From a virus, in IMG/VR virus record IMGVR_UViG_3300009495_000012: 64,000 bases of DNA; one strand, 5' to 3'. Of the stretch, positions 18,301 to 28,311 are shown piece by piece (positions within the stretch are counted from its first letter, which is position 1; each line of letters begins with the position of its first letter). A program made the translations under genes and the position numbers. The notes under the pieces were generated by a model that had not been told where the DNA came from, ran no database searches, and worked only from the letters and a program-made list of their open reading frames with translations.

Positions 18301-21279
18301 AGGGTCAACCCCAAACCAAGCGTTATTCGAGTTATTCCAGTTAAGTGCTTCACGTAAATCAAACTCTGTTGAATTACCTACAACACTCTCACCAACTTTT
18401 TGGGTTTCTTTCCAAGTGTCAGTTTCTGGAGAAATTGTTAATCTACCAATAGTAAATGGTACGTGGAAAGGTAGAAGGTTTTCTGTGCTTGAAGCAAGTT
18501 CTTGTGCATCATACGGTACTTCCGTATGTTGAAGCATCATCATATCACCATGTAATTGTACACGCAAGTTACCAGTTACATCCGAGTCATAGAATAATGA
18601 AGACTCTTCTTCTGGTGCACGTGGACGCAACATCTTAGCAATTTTATCAATTGCGGATTTAGCACCCTCTTTACTACGTGTGTGCGTGTGTGCATGATTA
18701 GAGAAGTTATCTACAAAGAAACCAGACTTAGCACGGTCAGCACCACCAGAATCCAATACGGACATTACCTTTGTATTCAACTCAAGTAGTGACAATGAAG
18801 TCATCTCTTGTAGTTTGTCAATCTTTTCTTCTAACTTATTGATATCCTGCATGGTATAACCCTTACGAGGAATCAATGTAGATTTCATATCTTGAGTGTG
18901 AAGAGTATTAGGATTCATACGGATATTATATAAATCCATACAATCTTCTGGAACTTCTGGGAACTTAGGATTTAATGAAGAAGATCCTCTAACCAATCGT
19001 AATTCACTGTTCTTAGAGATAACCAATTTATCATTACGTGGTAAGTAGTATTCTGCATCCGCAGTAAGAGTATCAGATGGAATAGGCAAAGGGGGTACAG
19101 ATGTAAATACACCAGAACCATTCGTTGAAGGACGTAGATCAATAACGTCTCTTAATGATACCTTTCCTCCATCTGGAAGTGCTTGTGCAGGAACATCTAA
19201 GTAATCCAATTCACCAGAATAAGAATTAACTGCATAGAATGAACCATTAGCAGTTGGAGCAAAATGTTTCATTCTAACAAATATATTTTGACTATTACTG
19301 GTTAAACCACCACCAGTGTATATTAACTTAGAATCTGCTTGGTGACTTACTTCATTATTAGGTTGGAATACGAAGTATGGGAATAAATCATAACCACTAC
19401 TATCAGTAGCACGTATACGGTCAACACTATAAACATCTGATTTACCGAGGTTTATATATTGAACACCAAATCCATCTGAGTCCAGAGTAGAAGTGACAGT
19501 ATGGTCTGTAAGTTCTTTAGACTTTATTGTCGCATTTGTTTTCTTAACTTGTCCAATTACTTCGTATGACTTACCGTTTGTTAATCCACCACAAGTAATT
19601 TTCTTATTACCCGTGCCACCAATAACAGTAGTCAAACCAGATTTTGCAAAGGATGATGCTCCATCTCCTTGTGAAATTATAATGTCTGTTTGGTTTACAA
19701 ATGATTCGCCCACATCCTCGAGGACGATTTCATGACTTGTCCCAGATGCAGTAAAGTTAAACTTCTGCATGGTTGTGATTGTCGCAGGACTATTAGCATC
19801 CTGTGCAAAACCTTTTGGTCTACGCAATGGTGTGTCAAATATTAATGCATCTTCTCTTTGATCTACGAGTAAACTGCCCTTGTTTCCAATACGAGGAACA
19901 AGGTTAACCAAGTGAGCATCTGTTCCAGATTTAATAGACAATGCATCTGCCAAACTAAAATCTAAATTAGTTAGTTTAACATTAAATAAATGTGCTTTGT
20001 AAGATGGGACACGTTGATACTGTTGTCCACCCGCAAGTGTTTGTGTGCTACCTTCTGTGATTGCACGAACATTTGCAGTACCGATATTAGTACCCGTACC
20101 ACCATATCCAGTGAATAGGTTTACTGATTCACATGTATCAATATTAAGCATACCAACACCACTATCAAAATGATAGTAGTTTCCGTAAGTAATACCAATC
20201 TGCTCATCTTCTCTTACAATAGTATCCGTAGCACGAGGTAATAATAGTTGTTGTGGAATGTTAGTGGCAATACGTTTACCATCAAAATATGCTACGCCAG
20301 GGTCTACATTAAGTATGAAATTGGTTTCAATGCTTTCACCGTCTGGACGAACACGTAGTTTCCAGTACTGTTTAATGAAGTCACCGTTAATTTCTTTGAT
20401 ACGTTTGTTTACATAGTCAAAGTTTTGAGACTCTGTTTTAGTAGAGACGTATTCTTTACCGTCAATGATTCGACCATAGAATACGAAAGTGTCACCAATA
20501 TTAACATCATCACGAGATGCCAATATTAAACGAATACGTAATCTATCAGCACCAGGCGATGATCTATTCGGTGTGGCATTCTGGTTATCATACAATGCAT
20601 CTGTATCAGATACAGTAACAATATCTTGAACAACTTTAAAACCAATATCAACTGTTTCACCAGTATCATATTTGTTTAAAAAGAGTTGCTGTTGTGGCAC
20701 ATAAACAAAGTGACCATTAATATAAAACTCTGATTGACCTACTTCAACCTTAGAACCAAATCCAATATTAGTAGAAATATTAGATACAGTAAGGTTTACG
20801 TTAGATCCATTACTTAGTATCTCATTAGACACTACAGTAGGTGCAGATTCTTGTACAGTTGTAGATGTTACAGTTGTTGGGTTATCTAAGTACTGGACAT
20901 AGATTGTATCTGGATCTGATCCAGTTGCCGCTATTGCTTCCAGAACCCTTACTTTTATTGAAGATACGGATCCAGTTAGAACTTGACCTTTAAGTGCAGA
21001 TACATCTGTGAATGAGTTATTCTGGTCATTAGAAATTTTAATGTATGGATGTCCATCATTGACCGACAGTCCACCTTGAACAACCGCAACACCATCTTTG
21101 CCATAAACGTTGTTAGCAAAACGAGTAATCTCAGACTGAATAATAGTCTGCATCTGAGTAAGTTCACGTGCTTGTAACGCACGACCTGCATTAAACAGAA
21201 TACGATGATAGTTATCACTATCGTGATAATCATCTTTGTAAGTTGAACGTAATGTTTGTTCTGTAAAAGTGTTTGGCAT
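15367..21279 (-). CDS. Large virion structural protein (DUF4815/VrlC-like)
   Basis: 1970 aa; YKDDY..NYHRILFNAGRALQARELTQMQTI N-terminus, GFFVDNF, DPIAQTF and FQTKIVMRS..VPTFRDLRVIAL are characteristic of this family in marine T4-like phages. Confidence 0.8.
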   Translation of the reverse strand: MPNTFTEQTLRSTYKDDYHDSDNYHRILFNAGRALQARELTQMQTIIQSEITRFANNVYGKDGVAVVQGGLSVNDGHPYIKISNDQNNSFTDVSALKGQVLTGSVSSIKVRVLEAIAATGSDPDTIYVQYLDNPTTVTSTTVQESAPTVVSNEILSNGSNVNLTVSNISTNIGFGSKVEVGQSEFYINGHFVYVPQQQLFLNKYDTGETVDIGFKVVQDIVTVSDTDALYDNQNATPNRSSPGADRLRIRLILASRDDVNIGDTFVFYGRIIDGKEYVSTKTESQNFDYVNKRIKEINGDFIKQYWKLRVRPDGESIETNFILNVDPGVAYFDGKRIATNIPQQLLLPRATDTIVREDEQIGITYGNYYHFDSGVGMLNIDTCESVNLFTGYGGTGTNIGTANVRAITEGSTQTLAGGQQYQRVPSYKAHLFNVKLTNLDFSLADALSIKSGTDAHLVNLVPRIGNKGSLLVDQREDALIFDTPLRRPKGFAQDANSPATITTMQKFNFTASGTSHEIVLEDVGESFVNQTDIIISQGDGASSFAKSGLTTVIGGTGNKKITCGGLTNGKSYEVIGQVKKTNATIKSKELTDHTVTSTLDSDGFGVQYINLGKSDVYSVDRIRATDSSGYDLFPYFVFQPNNEVSHQADSKLIYTGGGLTSNSQNIFVRMKHFAPTANGSFYAVNSYSGELDYLDVPAQALPDGGKVSLRDVIDLRPSTNGSGVFTSVPPLPIPSDTLTADAEYYLPRNDKLVISKNSELRLVRGSSSLNPKFPEVPEDCMDLYNIRMNPNTLHTQDMKSTLIPRKGYTMQDINKLEEKIDKLQEMTSLSLLELNTKVMSVLDSGGADRAKSGFFVDNFSNHAHTHTRSKEGAKSAIDKIAKMLRPRAPEEESSLFYDSDVTGNLRVQLHGDMMMLQHTEVPYDAQELASSTENLLPFHVPFTIGRLTISPETDTWKETQKVGESVVGNSTEFDLREALNWNNSNNAWFGVDPTSLDVGDTAKSFVSGTSTSVVQNTQDPVLVGTSTQEELGEWVKTGTVTNNETLSTSTVEVNRERQEETSRSAIDAQWNRSRFTGFTNNIGGGSIWAGGNFGLAGSGGGTFRNFGWRNVGVRVGENVTTDNWDVVTTETRSKIRSTNTSTFETTKTITEENRFEQTTETTTTTSTSNTVNRVASESSIRDIVGKRVIDVSVIPFMRSVEIRFKAEGLRPNTQYFPFFDNTNVSQFCRTESSFKYSNRLRWLNTRLGGGIKDNHFVVKTSQEHNQGKTNLVSDAEGTVTGSFIVPNNASMRFHTGKREFMLIDVNTANEDGAMSFAKTLFQSAGTLEKFEHNIHVTRTLKITGTSDVSVEQNTTADSTVWTDTVVTTEPAVDVKSSSTVTVVTGNRETTRENETSTTEFVPRPRITPVPPATTPTVPPAATRPNTPTLVRIPVQERRGRGRRRGRRFRDPIAQTFQVLEAGGLFITSMEVYFATKSSTAPVFCELRPTVNGIPHSDVILASKKLSPSQVTTVTTGSNNKAMLQQSTKFVFDTPVFCPTGDYALVLVPGDNSPDYNAYAAKVGEFQLGSQEARVTQQATLGAFFKSQNGKTWEPASGSDLTYKINVANFVSSGNIILQNANVDPEALSRDPLVVDSGSNTVRVAFANHGLRTGDKTIIRGIDSATNFGNGLTGANVNGLRTVVDYDNSGYTYTAGASATSRTWFGGSSVTSSQNLNFEVLRPSIDITQPSQTNVTLSMKTTSQQSLAGSQTRFNKENKFQIVENEKNIYYNTPRAIYNRSTENLSTAGKLSGARSLEMQITLKSTSPYLSPIVDLERAKVMTMHNLISKQDSAATSGFNVPLTYISETHPMFGSESAKHITKITTLTEEAVGLKILLAANRPPEADFQVYWRCGDASVDLEQNLWTLVTPENTLPPDTNKNTFREYRYLVGGEGGALPPFTKFQTKIVMRSTNSAQVPTFRDLRVIALAI

Positions 21280-21288
21280 TTCCTATTC

Positions 21289-22665
21289 CTAAATGGTAAT
21301 TACTATTTTCAAGTCTTCAATCTGGTCGTTCGATCTGGTTACTGAGGATCTATTATCTATGTATACTAAATCTCCAGTATATGGATTGAACTCTCCACCA
21401 AGTAACTTGGTTACTGTTCCTACAATACTACTGTTGCCTACTATCGATACTTGTTCACCAGAGTCAAAGGTTTTAAACCCTGTTGATTCTGTTTGGTGAT
21501 AAAAAAGACCGTTACCAGAATCACTTACATCATCGATGATTGCGATTGCTCCAGACACTGATCCTTGTACTTTACTTTTTTGTACAACAGACTTGACAAA
21601 GTTTGTTTCGGATGTTACAATCTTATTTAGTGCAAACCCAGTAGTAGATGTAAGAGAAGTACCCCCTGCACTATCTACTTTTGGATTTCTCATCAACATT
21701 ACTTGACGGAAAATATTATCACCTGTGATAAAGTCTCCACCTTCACTATATGTTGGTTTGGTATTAAACATCATACCTTGTGACTTTAAGTCAACAACTG
21801 GATTTGATCCAATACCATTAGGTTGTCCTATAATAGCACGAGCAGTACATGAGTCACCACCCCCACCAGTAATAACTACGTTAGCATAGTCATATCCAGT
21901 TCCGTAGTAAGATGCACTTGAGTTACCAGAACTATCTGCCTTTACTTTGATGTCAACAATAGTCTCACCTGCACGTACCGCAAAGGCAGTAGCATTTGAA
22001 CCATTACCGACAATAGTAACATCTGGGTTTGAAGTATATCCAGATCCACCATTGACTATCTTATATCCAACGATCTGACCCTTTACCGCATTATTCTGTA
22101 CAATATTTTGCTGTAGGTCTTCGGCAGGTGAGTCTGAGTCAACTGCTGTAACAAATGTTACTGGCATGAACGCAGAAGATAGGAACTTATCGGCACGTAA
22201 CGCACCAATTGAGTACAAGAACTTCCACGTATAACCATCCGAAGTACGGAATGGAGTACCATTAGTATTACCTGTAGGTTGAATTGTTGATAGTTCAGAA
22301 GTACCATCTGTCTTCTTACCTTGCTCTAATACAATATAGATCTCATTATTAGAGTTAATAGCATAGAATGGATTCTCTGGGAAACCTACATCCGCATCAT
22401 CGTATGCATCATAGATTAAGTTAGCAACCCAACTTCTACGTGGTAATACATATGATGCATCTTGAATTAGTTTAAGTGACTGAAGTCCTCCACGTGCAAG
22501 ACGTGCTTCACGAAGATTATTCGTAGGAACAGTAGCAATATCAGAGTCATTCCAATCTTCGGAACGACCAATACCCGCATAATACCTATTACTGGCAGAG
22601 TCATTGAAGTCTTGAAGAAGATCATCAAGTACTTGTTTTTTAAATTTGTCTGTTATTACTGGCAT
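21289..22665 (-). CDS. gp8: Baseplate wedge subunit gp8-like
   Basis: YYAGIGRSEDW, SDGYTWKFLY, FRQVMLMRNP, GDLVYIDNR..RSNDQIEDLKIVI; synteny. Confidence 0.8.
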   Translation of the reverse strand: MPVITDKFKKQVLDDLLQDFNDSASNRYYAGIGRSEDWNDSDIATVPTNNLREARLARGGLQSLKLIQDASYVLPRRSWVANLIYDAYDDADVGFPENPFYAINSNNEIYIVLEQGKKTDGTSELSTIQPTGNTNGTPFRTSDGYTWKFLYSIGALRADKFLSSAFMPVTFVTAVDSDSPAEDLQQNIVQNNAVKGQIVGYKIVNGGSGYTSNPDVTIVGNGSNATAFAVRAGETIVDIKVKADSSGNSSASYYGTGYDYANVVITGGGGDSCTARAIIGQPNGIGSNPVVDLKSQGMMFNTKPTYSEGGDFITGDNIFRQVMLMRNPKVDSAGGTSLTSTTGFALNKIVTSETNFVKSVVQKSKVQGSVSGAIAIIDDVSDSGNGLFYHQTESTGFKTFDSGEQVSIVGNSSIVGTVTKLLGGEFNPYTGDLVYIDNRSSVTRSNDQIEDLKIVITI

Positions 22666-22674
22666 TTTCTATTC

Positions 22675-23676
22675 CTATGTATTTAGTGTGCAACCAACAT
22701 TGCTAACTACCACCCACTTATCACCCATCCATATTAGGGAGCATGATGTGTTTGAAGGCATAACAATATTTGCATATGTCGCAAGGTTGCTGTTTGATTC
22801 ATTAATTGTTTGTTGTGCAGTACCTGTGTTTACCAGATAGTGTATTTCACCTTGAAGTCCATTAGTACCACTTGTTAATGTGTGTGTACCGTTAGTACCA
22901 GATGTAAACTTAGTTACTACATATGATGAGTTCGTTGACCCACCAGTTGAACTAATAGCATGTGTCTTCAATGCTACTTTACCGTCTAATTTAACCGCAC
23001 CAGTTCCTGTAGAACGTAGTGATAAGGATGCGTTAGACTGTCCTTCTGCCTGTACGATAGCAGGGTTATTAGCAGAAGCATTTGCAATTGTAACATGGTT
23101 AACCGCAGACGCAGAATCTCTGAAGTGAATCAGTTCGTTTGTTGAACTATCAAGAATGGCAGTACCAATCTTAGGAGAGTTAATCTGCGGTGCTTGTAGT
23201 GTCTTATTAGATAATGTCTGAGCATGACCATTAAATGTAAACTCATCATTAGTCGTAAGCAAAGGTAAAGTTACTGTACGATCTGCAACCAGTTCACTTA
23301 CGGCAAACACATATTGATGGTTTGCACTTGTGTCATTGATCTGAGGAGTTGTCAATACTGGACTGGTCAAAGTCTTATTTGTAAGAGTCTGAGTGTTAGT
23401 GTCCATAGTAAGAATACCAGTGTGATCTGGAATAGTTACTGTACGAGTCCCTGTGGGATTAGTCACACGCAGTGTTGTCTTGTGAGCATTTGCAGTTGTT
23501 CCATCAAATATCATACCACTTGAATCAAACTCGATCAGTGGCATAAGAGACGAACCGTCTCCTAATTTGTTGTAAATTTCTGCGAAGTTTTGCTCAATCT
23601 TCAACGCAGTAGTACGGAGAGTATCTCCTGTACCATCGTTTGCGACTGTTCCTCTATTTAATACTTGTCTTGTCAT
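22675..23676 (-). CDS. gp9: Baseplate wedge/tail fibre connector, gp9/gp10-like N-terminus
   Basis: MTRQVLNRGTVANDGTGDTLRTTALKIEQNFAEIY is the gp9/gp10 N-terminal signature; QTLTNKTL fibre repeats. Confidence 0.7.
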   Translation of the reverse strand: MTRQVLNRGTVANDGTGDTLRTTALKIEQNFAEIYNKLGDGSSLMPLIEFDSSGMIFDGTTANAHKTTLRVTNPTGTRTVTIPDHTGILTMDTNTQTLTNKTLTSPVLTTPQINDTSANHQYVFAVSELVADRTVTLPLLTTNDEFTFNGHAQTLSNKTLQAPQINSPKIGTAILDSSTNELIHFRDSASAVNHVTIANASANNPAIVQAEGQSNASLSLRSTGTGAVKLDGKVALKTHAISSTGGSTNSSYVVTKFTSGTNGTHTLTSGTNGLQGEIHYLVNTGTAQQTINESNSNLATYANIVMPSNTSCSLIWMGDKWVVVSNVGCTLNT

Positions 23677-23702
23677 CTCTTTTACCTAAAGATTGTTACA
23701 TC

Positions 23703-23710
23703 TATTTATA
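23703..23710 (-). promoter_or_regulatory. T4-type late promoter TATAAATA
   Basis: Exact consensus upstream of the gp9-like gene. Confidence 0.75.
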
Positions 23711-24841
23711 CTATAAATTTCTATTTATTGCTTCTCTTAAACTTATTTCTGAGTCTGAATCACCAACTTGTCGTGCATTACCGTCCGAATCAAGCAATTG
23801 GTTATTGTCTCCATCCACTCTATCAGTACGCATGTTCCAAGTGAATCGTTCTTGGTCAATAGTTTCTGTACTGGATATATCAAATCCAGAGTATGTTGTT
23901 GTACCATCACTATCATCATCCAACGTTGGAGAATCTGGTGTAAGGTATTCACCCAAACTTGAGTACAAGTTATCGAGGTTCTCTACTGTAAGATCCTGTA
24001 CGTCATTAAGGTCATTACCACCTTTGTCGATTGCATCCGCTGCGTTACCCATGTTTGTTCTAAATAGCAATGTTCTGCCTCCTGCCGAATCTTCTCCGAG
24101 ACGTGTACTTAAACCAAAATCGAATAGTGCGGTGTTCTGCTCGAATGCTAAAGGAGTTAGTGTACCTTCACCTTCCAATACGATTGGTGGTTTGATTGCT
24201 ACGCCAGGGTCATACTGTAACTGATCTAAACTGGCATTACCTACTATCTGAGTAAGACCACCAAGGTACATACCTGCGGGGTGTGCCATTAACTTATACG
24301 CATCTCTCCACTGCTCAACCGATAGTTCTGATCTAATCTCAACAGCAAACGTTTGATATAGTTTGTTGTCTGTCAAATACCTTGCTGATTGTGCACCAAT
24401 TTTAGATTCATTCAACTTAAATATATATTGTTTTGTATAAACCACATCTGGTTCAATACCAAAGAACGTCTTAAAGAACTGTCGTATAGAATACCTTGTT
24501 CCTTTTGCACGATACAAATAACTTGAATATTTTACTGCTGTTCTTTTATCAGTAAACCCTTGAAAGTAGTTCTGACCTAATAGGTACTCATCTTCGAAGT
24601 ATTCAAGCAGTTTTAAATCTGTTGAAGTAACATCTCTTGTATCAAAAATATTATCTAAGAATGTTGTAAGAGACTCTTCTCTACTTTCAAAGTCGTAATA
24701 CTTCTTTAAGAAAGTTACAAACTTAGGATAATCACTGAGATAATGTTCTGGTAATACAGATTCAATCTGCGGTTCTCGCAGATTCACATCACGTCTTTGC
24801 GTATCCCTTAATGTTTTGTCAAAAACCGTATGTATGGCCAT
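23711..24841 (-). CDS. gp7: Baseplate wedge subunit gp7-like (short form)
   Basis: LPEH..SDYPKFVTFLKKYY, YRAKGT..SIRQFFKTFFG, KLMAHPAGM; follows gp6. Confidence 0.65.
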   Translation of the reverse strand: MAIHTVFDKTLRDTQRRDVNLREPQIESVLPEHYLSDYPKFVTFLKKYYDFESREESLTTFLDNIFDTRDVTSTDLKLLEYFEDEYLLGQNYFQGFTDKRTAVKYSSYLYRAKGTRYSIRQFFKTFFGIEPDVVYTKQYIFKLNESKIGAQSARYLTDNKLYQTFAVEIRSELSVEQWRDAYKLMAHPAGMYLGGLTQIVGNASLDQLQYDPGVAIKPPIVLEGEGTLTPLAFEQNTALFDFGLSTRLGEDSAGGRTLLFRTNMGNAADAIDKGGNDLNDVQDLTVENLDNLYSSLGEYLTPDSPTLDDDSDGTTTYSGFDISSTETIDQERFTWNMRTDRVDGDNNQLLDSDGNARQVGDSDSEISLREAINRNL

Positions 24842-24850
24842 AGATTACTC

Positions 24851-26722
24851 TTAGTTTGATGCAGTTGTGCGAATGCCTTTTGCACTTAAACGTGTATTAT
24901 CCGATTTAAGGATATACTCACGTGTAGGTACAATGGCACTTGCATTTGCCGCCAATACACTCAACTTAATTGCATCATTGCTGTTTGCTTTAAATCCTGT
25001 TAATGTTACTGTTCCTGCGGAAGAATTAAAAGACCCTGCATTATCTTTAATGATAGTACCAGTAGAACTTTCAATAACCTGTAGAATATTAGATGATAGT
25101 TTGTTTTCTAATCTACATGTCTTAACAGTCGGTGTTGGGTTAATCACTGCATCGTATTCTGGTAAGAATAAGAATGTGGATGTATTCACGACAGTATTGA
25201 TATCATCTGATACTGCTATAGGCACAGGGAAACTGAATGTAAAGTCTTGCTCTACACCACCAGACGGAGTAAATACTTGTTGCATCTTAGTATCTACACG
25301 AGATGATAAGATAGCAGGACTTACGTCATCTACTAATGCTAACATAGAAGATCTACGATATGCTTGACCAAACTTACCTATATTAGTATCGTAATAGTTT
25401 TGTACAACGGTCTTTACATTCTCCTGTAAAGTGTTGATTGCCAAGTTAGTATAGTCTGGGTTATATTGGAAGAAAACATTTGTTTCAAGGAACGTTGTAA
25501 TCGGATCTGAGAATTTAAGACCAAACGATGCAATTGATAATTGATCGACTAATACTCTAATGTTATCCTTTATTGTATTGCGAAGTGCAGTATTGATATC
25601 AGTTTTAAAATCTACTGATAAAAATGCCATTCCAAATTCTGGTACGACATTATCTTCTCCACCCCATGCGATAATATCATTAATATAACTACCATAACTA
25701 CGTAGAATTAATGTAGAGTAATCAGAGTGGGTTACCATCCTGTTTTGTGATGCGTAACGGAAAGGAGAGTTTCTTCGAATAGAATCAAGTGTTTCTTTTT
25801 GAGCACCACCAACAGATCTGTTTACTGTAGAGACAAGAGGTAGTTGTTCAAGACCAATACCAGAAGGTGGTTCGGTGACTTCTACTGTGGCAAGTGGTTC
25901 GAACAATCTTGCACCGTTGGCATTTTCTCCATCTACGGATAGATACTCAACAGTAATCTTTGCCCCCGCTTTAGGTACTGCACCTAATGTAGAACCATTA
26001 CCGAAAGTTAATTCGTAGTATCCGTTCGGTGCCTCTTTAAGAATATACGCAGGTGTTGTGGCAGTAATATTATTTGCAGTTTCCAGATTAATATATGTTG
26101 TGAAGTCACTTGACGTAGAACTATCGAATACTTTAATTACTGCGGTAGCACGATCAAGACTCACGTCTGGGATAATGTATACTGTTTCTTCGGAATCTTC
26201 ACCCGCAAAGAATGTTTTAGTTTTAGCAATACCCTCTTTAATAGGTATGTCTGTACTTCCGTCCAGTGTCTGTAATTGGAAGAAGTTGTTACCGTCATTG
26301 ATTGCTTCAATAAGTTCTTGAGTTTGAAATGTGTATGATGCATCGTTTACATTTGCAGTAAATTTGTATCCAGATGAGATCTGTAGTTTCTCTGGCACAT
26401 CTGCTTGTGATGTACCAACATTGAAAGACATATTTATCACTGCCTGTGAAGCAGTCTTAGAAGCAGGAATATAACCGAGAGTTTCTGCATGAGACACTAC
26501 ACTCGATCTTAACTGAGCAGTATTCAAAAATGACTCATTCAGTGCCATGTTTGCTGTCAGACCATTAAGGTGTGTGTTATACGCAAGAACATCTAAAAGG
26601 TTACTCAGACCAGATGCATCGAAGTCGTAGTCTTTAAACTCTTTCTGCTGTTGTAAATATGTCTTTAGATTGTTTTTTATTGCATTAAAATCTAAGGAAC
26701 TTGATTGAATTGTTGTTGCCAT
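24851..26722 (-). CDS. gp6: Baseplate wedge subunit gp6
   Basis: LDFNAIKNNLKTYL..FKDYDFDASGLSNLLDVLAYNTH..NESFLNTAQLRSSVVSHAETLGY; QNRMVT..DY. Confidence 0.92.
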   Translation of the reverse strand: MATTIQSSSLDFNAIKNNLKTYLQQQKEFKDYDFDASGLSNLLDVLAYNTHLNGLTANMALNESFLNTAQLRSSVVSHAETLGYIPASKTASQAVINMSFNVGTSQADVPEKLQISSGYKFTANVNDASYTFQTQELIEAINDGNNFFQLQTLDGSTDIPIKEGIAKTKTFFAGEDSEETVYIIPDVSLDRATAVIKVFDSSTSSDFTTYINLETANNITATTPAYILKEAPNGYYELTFGNGSTLGAVPKAGAKITVEYLSVDGENANGARLFEPLATVEVTEPPSGIGLEQLPLVSTVNRSVGGAQKETLDSIRRNSPFRYASQNRMVTHSDYSTLILRSYGSYINDIIAWGGEDNVVPEFGMAFLSVDFKTDINTALRNTIKDNIRVLVDQLSIASFGLKFSDPITTFLETNVFFQYNPDYTNLAINTLQENVKTVVQNYYDTNIGKFGQAYRRSSMLALVDDVSPAILSSRVDTKMQQVFTPSGGVEQDFTFSFPVPIAVSDDINTVVNTSTFLFLPEYDAVINPTPTVKTCRLENKLSSNILQVIESSTGTIIKDNAGSFNSSAGTVTLTGFKANSNDAIKLSVLAANASAIVPTREYILKSDNTRLSAKGIRTTASN

Positions 26723-27171
26723 TATCGTAACCTTGTGAGTCTTGTAGTAAACTCTTCTTCAGTAGCAGAGTTTTGTATGTTAAATATAACCGTGATAGAA
26801 ATACTATTTTGATCTGGATCCATATCAGTGTATACCTTTATAGTCATAGGATTAACTCTTGGTTCAAATGCTCTAATATTTTCTATAATTGCAATTGCCA
26901 TTTGTTGTTCCGTCAAATCATCCGCAAACTCAAATAAATAATCTCTAAGGTTCGCACCAAAGTATGGGTTAAACGGTTTCTCTGTTCTTGCAGTCATCAA
27001 GATATTTCTTAATGCCTGTTTAATAGATCCTACCGATGATTTTTTATATAAGTCACCCGCACCCTTCGCCGCAAACGAAAGATCTAAATCGATAAACTCA
27101 CGGTTACTCGAAGACTTAACTGTTGAAGTCTTATTGAGTCCTCCGTCTTCTACTGAAAATGCTCTTGCCAT
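26722..27171 (-). CDS. gp25: Baseplate wedge subunit gp25
   Basis: FIDLDLSF..IKQALRNILMT..EKPFNPYFG..FEPRV. Confidence 0.9.
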   Translation of the reverse strand: MARAFSVEDGGLNKTSTVKSSSNREFIDLDLSFAAKGAGDLYKKSSVGSIKQALRNILMTARTEKPFNPYFGANLRDYLFEFADDLTEQQMAIAIIENIRAFEPRVNPMTIKVYTDMDPDQNSISITVIFNIQNSATEEEFTTRLTRLR

Positions 27172-27196
27172 TATAGTTTCCTAAATTCTATAAGTC

Positions 27197-27204
27197 TATT
27201 TATA
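27197..27204 (-). promoter_or_regulatory. T4-type late promoter TATAAATA
   Basis: Exact consensus upstream of gp25. Confidence 0.75.
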
Positions 27205-27805
27205 CATCATTTACAACTTCTAATAACTCATTTGCACTTAAAAGTGTACCATTGTAAAATGTTTCTACGTTGTTAGCATATGATATATCGAATGTTTCTG
27301 GTACTGTAGGCACCTCTATTGTTACTTGGGCATTTAATGATCCATCTGGATTCCAATTATCATACTCTAAAATCAACTTATCAAAATTAGCATAGTCTTT
27401 CCAGTATTCTGCGAGATCAAATGTTCTTTCGAAATCAACAGATCCCTTCTCATCAATCATCCTATATGATACCATTTGACCATCTTGTTTCTTAATATTA
27501 TCACCTGCGACTGTCTCCAACGGCCCACCTCTGTAGACACCTTCTACAACTACAAGTCTAACATCTTTGAAGAAGTCTTGATTACCATTGATCATTCGGA
27601 ATAGTTCTGCATGTAGATATAGATTACGAGAAAGTTGCTTACGTGCATCTTGATCGTTCTGGTATTTGCCTATAGTAGATAAACTGCATGGGTTTCCTTT
27701 AGATCCAAGAAACTTAGCAATTGAACATCCAGGCGATAGTTTAGTGCCCGAAGTTATAGTTTCTGCAAAGTTTGGGTTATATTTTTGGTCTGGTACTATA
27801 ATCAT
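27200..27805 (-). CDS. Hypothetical baseplate-region protein, possibly a degenerate peptidase M15-like fold
   Basis: 201 aa; TKLSPGCSIAKFL resembles the N-terminus of M15A-like proteins, but canonical Zn ligands are not recognisable. Confidence 0.4.
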   Translation of the reverse strand: MIIVPDQKYNPNFAETITSGTKLSPGCSIAKFLGSKGNPCSLSTIGKYQNDQDARKQLSRNLYLHAELFRMINGNQDFFKDVRLVVVEGVYRGGPLETVAGDNIKKQDGQMVSYRMIDEKGSVDFERTFDLAEYWKDYANFDKLILEYDNWNPDGSLNAQVTIEVPTVPETFDISYANNVETFYNGTLLSANELLEVVNDV

Positions 27806-28311
27806 ATTTTTTCTACCTCTTCATGTACTTTCATATCGTGAAATATGTCCCAGTTGAATCCTATAATAATCTTAGATCCATGGACAACTGGCGACCTATG
27901 TGGATGCATTGATGGAAACAGAACTACCTGTCCTTCTTTAATAGGTTTATCAAACCCCATAACATCGGTACAATCTCTCTCATCCTCTAATACCAAGTGC
28001 AGGACACCTGCCATATTTGCAAGAGTGTGAGTATGATTAATATACGTCCCACCTTTATTATACACATGATACCACATAGTGTTGAGAGTCCAAGTAGTAC
28101 ATCCCCAAGAAACACAATACTTGTTACATGCTTCATCAATCATACGTTGCACAGTCATGTAGTACGGTTTATTATGAGCAGACCAAGTCCATGGTTTTTC
28201 GTGCACGTCATAATCCCCATAGACAGTTTTGTCAAGCATAGGGATATGAGACATTACTTCACTACGAAGTGTCTCAAAGTTTGGAATGTCGTGTACTTGA
28301 ATATGTTCCAT
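27802..28311 (-). CDS. 2OG-Fe(II) oxygenase (TIGR02466-like)
   Basis: HTHTLANMAGVLHL...EGQVVLFPSMHPH...IIIGFN. Confidence 0.75.
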   Translation of the reverse strand: MEHIQVHDIPNFETLRSEVMSHIPMLDKTVYGDYDVHEKPWTWSAHNKPYYMTVQRMIDEACNKYCVSWGCTTWTLNTMWYHVYNKGGTYINHTHTLANMAGVLHLVLEDERDCTDVMGFDKPIKEGQVVLFPSMHPHRSPVVHGSKIIIGFNWDIFHDMKVHEEVEKI

